DNA of 64,000 nt from Paramecium tetraurelia (lineage: Eukaryota). A model generated the notes under the pieces. It saw nothing but the letters and a program-made list of their open reading frames with translations, ran no database searches and was not told where the DNA came from. The stretch's first letter is position 1; each line of letters begins with the position of its first letter. The stretch covers positions 700,196-764,195 of the forward strand of contig CT868429.1 of the NCBI GenBank assembly GCA_000165425.1, read 5' to 3'. The position numbers and the translations under genes are program-made. Shown piece by piece: positions 58,701 through 64,000 of the stretch.

Positions 58701-61700
58701 TGGATTCAATGGTTTATTCGCATCTGTTACCTTTGGCACAACAAGAGGAACTTTCATTGATAGCGTTGATTAAGTGAAGAACTATTTGGCTAAAGTTGGC
58801 ACACCTGCTTCTGAATTACCTGATTTATTCAACTACAAGATTGTCGATTCCATTTAGAGCAGAGCAGCTAATGATGAACCAGTATATAAAGTGGTTGGAA
58901 AAGATAATGAAAAATTCCCTCATGAATATGCAATTAGTGGATGGTTCAAGTGGTAACCAACAGCCTAATAACCATGGCATAACCTCTTCAGAGTTCAAAT
59001 CAAGACCCCATCAACTGATGCATTCCTAGGAGATAGAACTTTGACATGTTGGGTTGGTACAGCTGAAGGTGGTATCTTACACATGCCAACATACTCATAC
59101 ACAAATATGAATGGAGCTGGTAACACCAATTATTGGAAGAATATTTAACATAAAGATAGACACACCAAATGGTTCTGGGTCTACTTTGGCTATTCAAAAC
59201 CCAAGGCTTAAGCTTATGCCTTTGTTAAATGGACCGATTCTGAAGATTCTAATACCTATGATAAAGCCAATCATTACTTTGCACCAGAATTCCACATTTA
59301 TGCTGGAAGAGATAAGCATTATCCAGGACACAGCGGAGTTCTAGCTCATGTTTAATTCAATCTTGGAAAGGATGCTTTCAGAACAGGATCAGATTTCAAT
59401 CACCAAAATGATGTCTTTGGATTTGGAAAAGGAAAGGAGCTTGTTAAAGGACCTGCTGAGTTTAAACCAAAGGAAGCTGATAACACTATATTAACAAATG
59501 CTGCCAGTTAAGCTAAGCCAGTGATCGACTAAGAAGCCAAATCAGATGCTCCATTTGAACAATATGGATATGGATTCTGGTTGAGATTTTTGACAGCTCA
59601 CCCTGAAAGATTAATAAATGGCAAGAATCAACCATGGTACTTTGTTTCTAGATTGACATAATTTGAGAAATATGATAACATTAGATTGGGAGACAGAACT
59701 CTTGCTATTTGGTAAGGATAAGGATACTATCATTTCACAACATGCAGCATTGCACCATAAAATCCAAATTTAATCTAAAACATTGATTACCCTGCTGACA
59801 TTGAAGGTTTATGGACATATATTTACTATTCATACAGTGCTGACAGCAATAAAGCAGTTGCATTCATTAAATATGGAGATTAGGAAATTAAATCAATCAC
59901 TCACAAGACAACTCATGAAGCAGTTAAATATTTGAGATTCATTTTGGGAGGTAATGATGCTAATAGATATCCTGGATTCAATGGACAATTCACTTAAGTC
60001 ACTTTCTCAACAGATGGAGCCTTTGTTGATGATTCAGCCAAGATCAATGCCTACATTAAAAACAACAAAGCACCTTCAGTCGTTGTTGCATTACAAACCT
60101 ACAAATTGGTAGAGGATGCTATTACCAGAGATCAAAATGTAGAACCTCTTGAAAAGACTGTTCAAGTTGGATTACCATTAGAATATGCAATCAGTGGTTG
60201 GGTGAAATGGAAACCAACAGCCTAAGCACCTTGGCACAATCTCTTCAGAGTTAGCTTGAAAACTCCATCAACTGATGCATTCCTAGGAGATAGAACATTG
60301 ACATGCTGGATTGGTACTGCAGAAGGTGGTATCTTACATATGCCAACTTACACATACACCAATATGAATGGAGGAGGTAACAACAACTACTGGAAGAACA
60401 TTCAACACAAAGGAAAAATCAATGAATGGTTCTACATTTACTATGGATATTCCAAGATTTCAAGAAAGGCATATGCCTTTGTTAAATGGACTGAAGGAGA
60501 GGACTCTTTGAACTTCGATGACGTCAATCATTATCTTGCATAAACACTATACTTATTTGTTGGAAGAGATAAGCATTACCCAGGACACAGTGGTAAAATT
60601 GGTTACTTCAACTTCAATGCAGGTGAAGGATCATTTGTAACAGGAAATAAGTTTGATCATCCAAAGGATATCTTCGGATTTTCAATTGGATCAGACAAAT
60701 TGTTAACTCAAAAAGATACTGAATTAAAACCAGGAGTTCCAGTTACTGAACAATTGCCCAATGGATCAGAAGACAAGAAGCCAGTCATTGAGAAGGACTT
60801 GAATGCAGATCAAAATCTAGAAGAATATGGTTATGGATTCTGGATGAGGTTCTTAACAGCCTACCCTGCAAGATTGATATCAGGAAAGAATCAACCATGG
60901 TACTTTGTTTCAAGATTGACTCAACATGATCAATATGACAATATCAGAATGGGAGATAGAACATTGGCTATATGGTAAGGACAAGGATTCTACCACTTCA
61001 CAACTTGCAATTCAGTCAACAACAATCCAAATGTCATCCAAAACGTTGATTATCCAGCTGATATTGAAGGATTATGGACATATGTCTATTACTCATACAG
61101 TGATGATAAAGCAAGAGCAGTAGGACTCATCAAATATGGAAATGATGATATCAAGGCAATTCGTCATGATGTTACTCATCCTGGAACCAAACATGTCAAA
61201 TTCATTTTGGGTGGTAACGATGCAGGTAGATATCCAGGATTCAATGGTATTTTCACTTAAGTCACATTCAGTGCTGCACCTGGAGCTTTCATTGATTCTC
61301 CTGACAAATTAAAACCACATTTGGATAAGATTGGAACACCAAATTCAGTGATTAGTGAATTGACTAATACAGTTCTTGTGGACTCTTAAATTGCTAGAGA
61401 CAAAGGAACAGATCCTATTGAAAAGACAGTTGGAAGTGAGACCACAAGATTCCCACATGAATATGCAATCAGTGGTTGGTTCAAATGGACACCTACTGCA
61501 CAAGAAGCTTGGCATAATGTTTTCAGAGTCACTCTCAAAACACCTTCAACAGATGCTTTCTTGGGAGATAGAACCTTAACCTGTTGGGTTGGTACACCAG
61601 AAGGAGGTATTTTACACTTGCCAACCTATACTTATGCAAATATGAATGGAGCTGGAAATACAAACCTTTGGAAGAACATCCCACACAAAGAAAGACACAC

Positions 61701-64000
61701 TAAGTGGTTCTTCTTGTATTTCGGATACACAAAGTTACAATAGAAGGCTTACTCCTATGTTAAGTGGACTGATGGAGAAGACAGTTTGAAGTATGACAAT
61801 GTTAACCATTACTTGGCACCTCAATTCTTTGTATTTGTTGGTAGAGATAAGCACTTCCCAGGATTCAGTGGTAAATTGGCTTACGTCAACTTTAATGTTG
61901 GAGCAGGATCATTCAGAGGAGAGAACGACTTCAAGCATCCTAAAGATGTATTTGGCTTTGAAATTGGATAGAGCAAATTATTGGACTCAAAGAAAGGGGA
62001 CTTCAATCCAAGGGAATTACAAAAGGGTACAAATCTAGAGAATGCCTTTGAAAATGATAAGCCAACAATTGAAAAAGACGAATAATCAGGAGAGTTGCCA
62101 TTTGAAGAGTATGGTTATGGATTCTGGATGAGATTCTTGACTACCTATCCAAAGAGATTAATAAGTGGAAAGAATGCTCCTTGGTACTTCTTGTCAAGAT
62201 TGACATACAATGAGAAATATTAAGATATTGCTATGGGAGACAGAACATTAGCCATTTGGTAAGGATAAGGATTCTATCATTTCACAACTTGCAGTGTTGC
62301 ACCTGCTAATGTCAATTTGATTCAGAACGTCAACTTCCCAGAAGACATTGAAGGATTGTGGACATACGTTTATTACTCATACAGTGCTGATGAAAATAAG
62401 GCTGTTGCATTTATCAAGTATGGTGATGCAGATGTTCAATCGATCACTCACAAGACTACACATCCAGCTGTGAAATTCTTGAAATTCATCTTAGGAGGAA
62501 ATGACAACAAGAGATATCCAGGATTTAATGGTTAATTCAGAACAGTGACATTCTCAACACAATCTGGTGCCTATGTTGATAAGATGGATACAATCAATGA
62601 TTATGTGAGAACAAATCCAAGTCCATCAACATTAATTCCATTATAATCAAATCAAATCATCAAGGATCCAGTCTCAAGATAAGCTGGAGATGACTTAGTA
62701 CAGAAAAGATTTGGTGGTGACGATAACAAATTCCCATTAGAATATTCATATAGTGGATGGTATAAATGGATAGATGGACCTAATCTTAATGCTTGGTATA
62801 ACTTGTTCAGAGTAACAATCAAAGATCCATCAACAGATTAATTCTTAGGAGACAGAACATTGTCAGGATGGATTGGATTTGGTAACTTGCATGTGCCAAC
62901 CTACACTTATGCTAACATGAATGGTGCTGGTAATGTTAATCATTGGAAGAACATCGAACACAAGAACAGAATCTTCAAGTGGTTCTTTGTATACTTTGGA
63001 TATTCAAAGAAAGACTAATTGGCATATGCATGGGCTCAATGGTCGACAGGAGAGAAGGATTCTTAATCATGGGAGAAATGCAATCATTATTTGACTCCAG
63101 AATTCTTCGTGTATGTTGGAAGAGATAAGCATTTCTAAGGTTTGAATGGTCAATTGGGAGCAATCAATTTCAATTTGGGACAAGGATCATTCAGAAAGGG
63201 AAATGATTTCACTCACGATGAAGATATTTTCGGATACAATGCAGCATTCACAAAGAAATAACAAGCCTAATTCGATTTGGATAGCAGAGTTGCTAAGGTG
63301 TTGACATCTAGTGTTGATTAGAAGGATCCAACATTCACAAAGAATTTCAATGGTGATGAAGTAGACAATGTTAGTGAATATGGTTATGGATTTTGGTTGA
63401 GACACTTGAACATGTACCCAATTCCAACGAATAGAGGTGTTTAAGTTGATTGGACATTTGTGGCTAGATTGAGTAAGAATGAGAAATTGGCAGATATTGG
63501 TTTGGGTGATAGAGTGTTGGCAATTTGGTAAGGAAGAGGATACTATCACTTCACTACATACAATGGTGGAAATCCAAATAACATTAACAATGTCAATTTC
63601 CCATAATTATTGGATGGTCTGTGGACATTCATCTACTATTCTCACAATTTGGATAAGAAACAATCAATTTCATTTGTCAAATTTGGAGATGCTGACATTA
63701 TCAAGAATGTTATTGCAGCTGAACACTTACCACCCTTGTTATTGAAATTCTATTTAGGAGGACAAAACTTGGTTTACAAAGGATTTAATGGTCAATTCTC
63801 AGATGTGATTGTGTCAGCTAACAAAGGTGTTTTCGTTGAGAATATCGATGATATTAAGGCATTATTAGAGAAAGTAAAATAACCAGCTACCTATGTTCTT
63901 GATGTCAAGACTAAAAAGGTCATTGAAAAGGAAGCCATATTTAATGACAAGACAGAATAGAAGGAAATTGTTTATGATGATTTGGCTTTGGCTCCAGAAT
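49715..64000 (+). CDS. Giant secreted repeat protein 2 (continues beyond the window): signal peptide, helical N-terminal domain, at least 21 alternating LamG/ConA-like domains; three apparent +1 frameshifts
   Basis: Signal MKKSSLILLLFLICSLQA. Probable introns at 49767-49793, 50028-50051 and about 50297-50322. A domains start near 50626, 51928, 53216, 54476, 55746, 57015, 58288, 59557, 60823, 62107 and 63376. B domains start near 51268, 52564, 53843, 55104, 56379, 57648, 58924, 60181, 61459 and 62740. Confidence 0.85.
50600..64000 (+). repeat. Coding tandem array, about 1.27-1.3 kb (about 425 aa) AB unit, at least 10 complete copies
   Basis: Recurrent GAATATGGTTAYGGATTYTGG and AAGAATCAACCATGGTACTTYGT motifs at about 1.28-kb spacing. 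Confidence 0.9.

Noticed and set aside
50600..64000. Regularly spaced direct repeats as a CRISPR-like array or mobile element
   Set aside because: Spacing is about 1.28 kb, variation is largely at synonymous positions, and the intervening DNA is homologous coding sequence. No cas, transposase or terminal repeats are visible.

Overview
AT-rich, gene-dense ciliate macronuclear DNA, almost certainly Paramecium (P. tetraurelia-like). TAA/TAG encode Gln, TGA is the only stop, introns are tiny (about 22-29 nt, GT...AG), and a T4-type trichocyst matrix protein gene is present. The supplied ORF track treats TAA/TAG as stops and so fragments almost every gene; I re-translated by hand with the ciliate code (table 6). 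In order, the window holds: the 3' part of a giant protein of alternating LamG/ConA-like domains (1-8793); two tandem START genes; a ~2460-aa Cys-rich GPI-type surface protein; a UBR-type E3 ligase with a degenerate UBR box; a CNBD K+ channel; a cytosolic carboxypeptidase; a RING-PHD protein; INO80; a pentafunctional AROM; an assembly gap; TMP T4; a WD40 protein; a small Cys-rich surface protein; a p24/GOLD protein; three hypothetical genes; VPS11; a decayed Fused/STK36 pseudogene; and the 5' 14 kb of a second giant secreted LamG-like repeat gene (49715 to beyond 64000). The best candidate for an undescribed system is the pair of giant A/B LamG-like array proteins. The second has a signal peptide, a trichocyst-precursor-like N-terminus and a higher-order (AB)2 periodicity. 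All calls are by eye, with no database searches.
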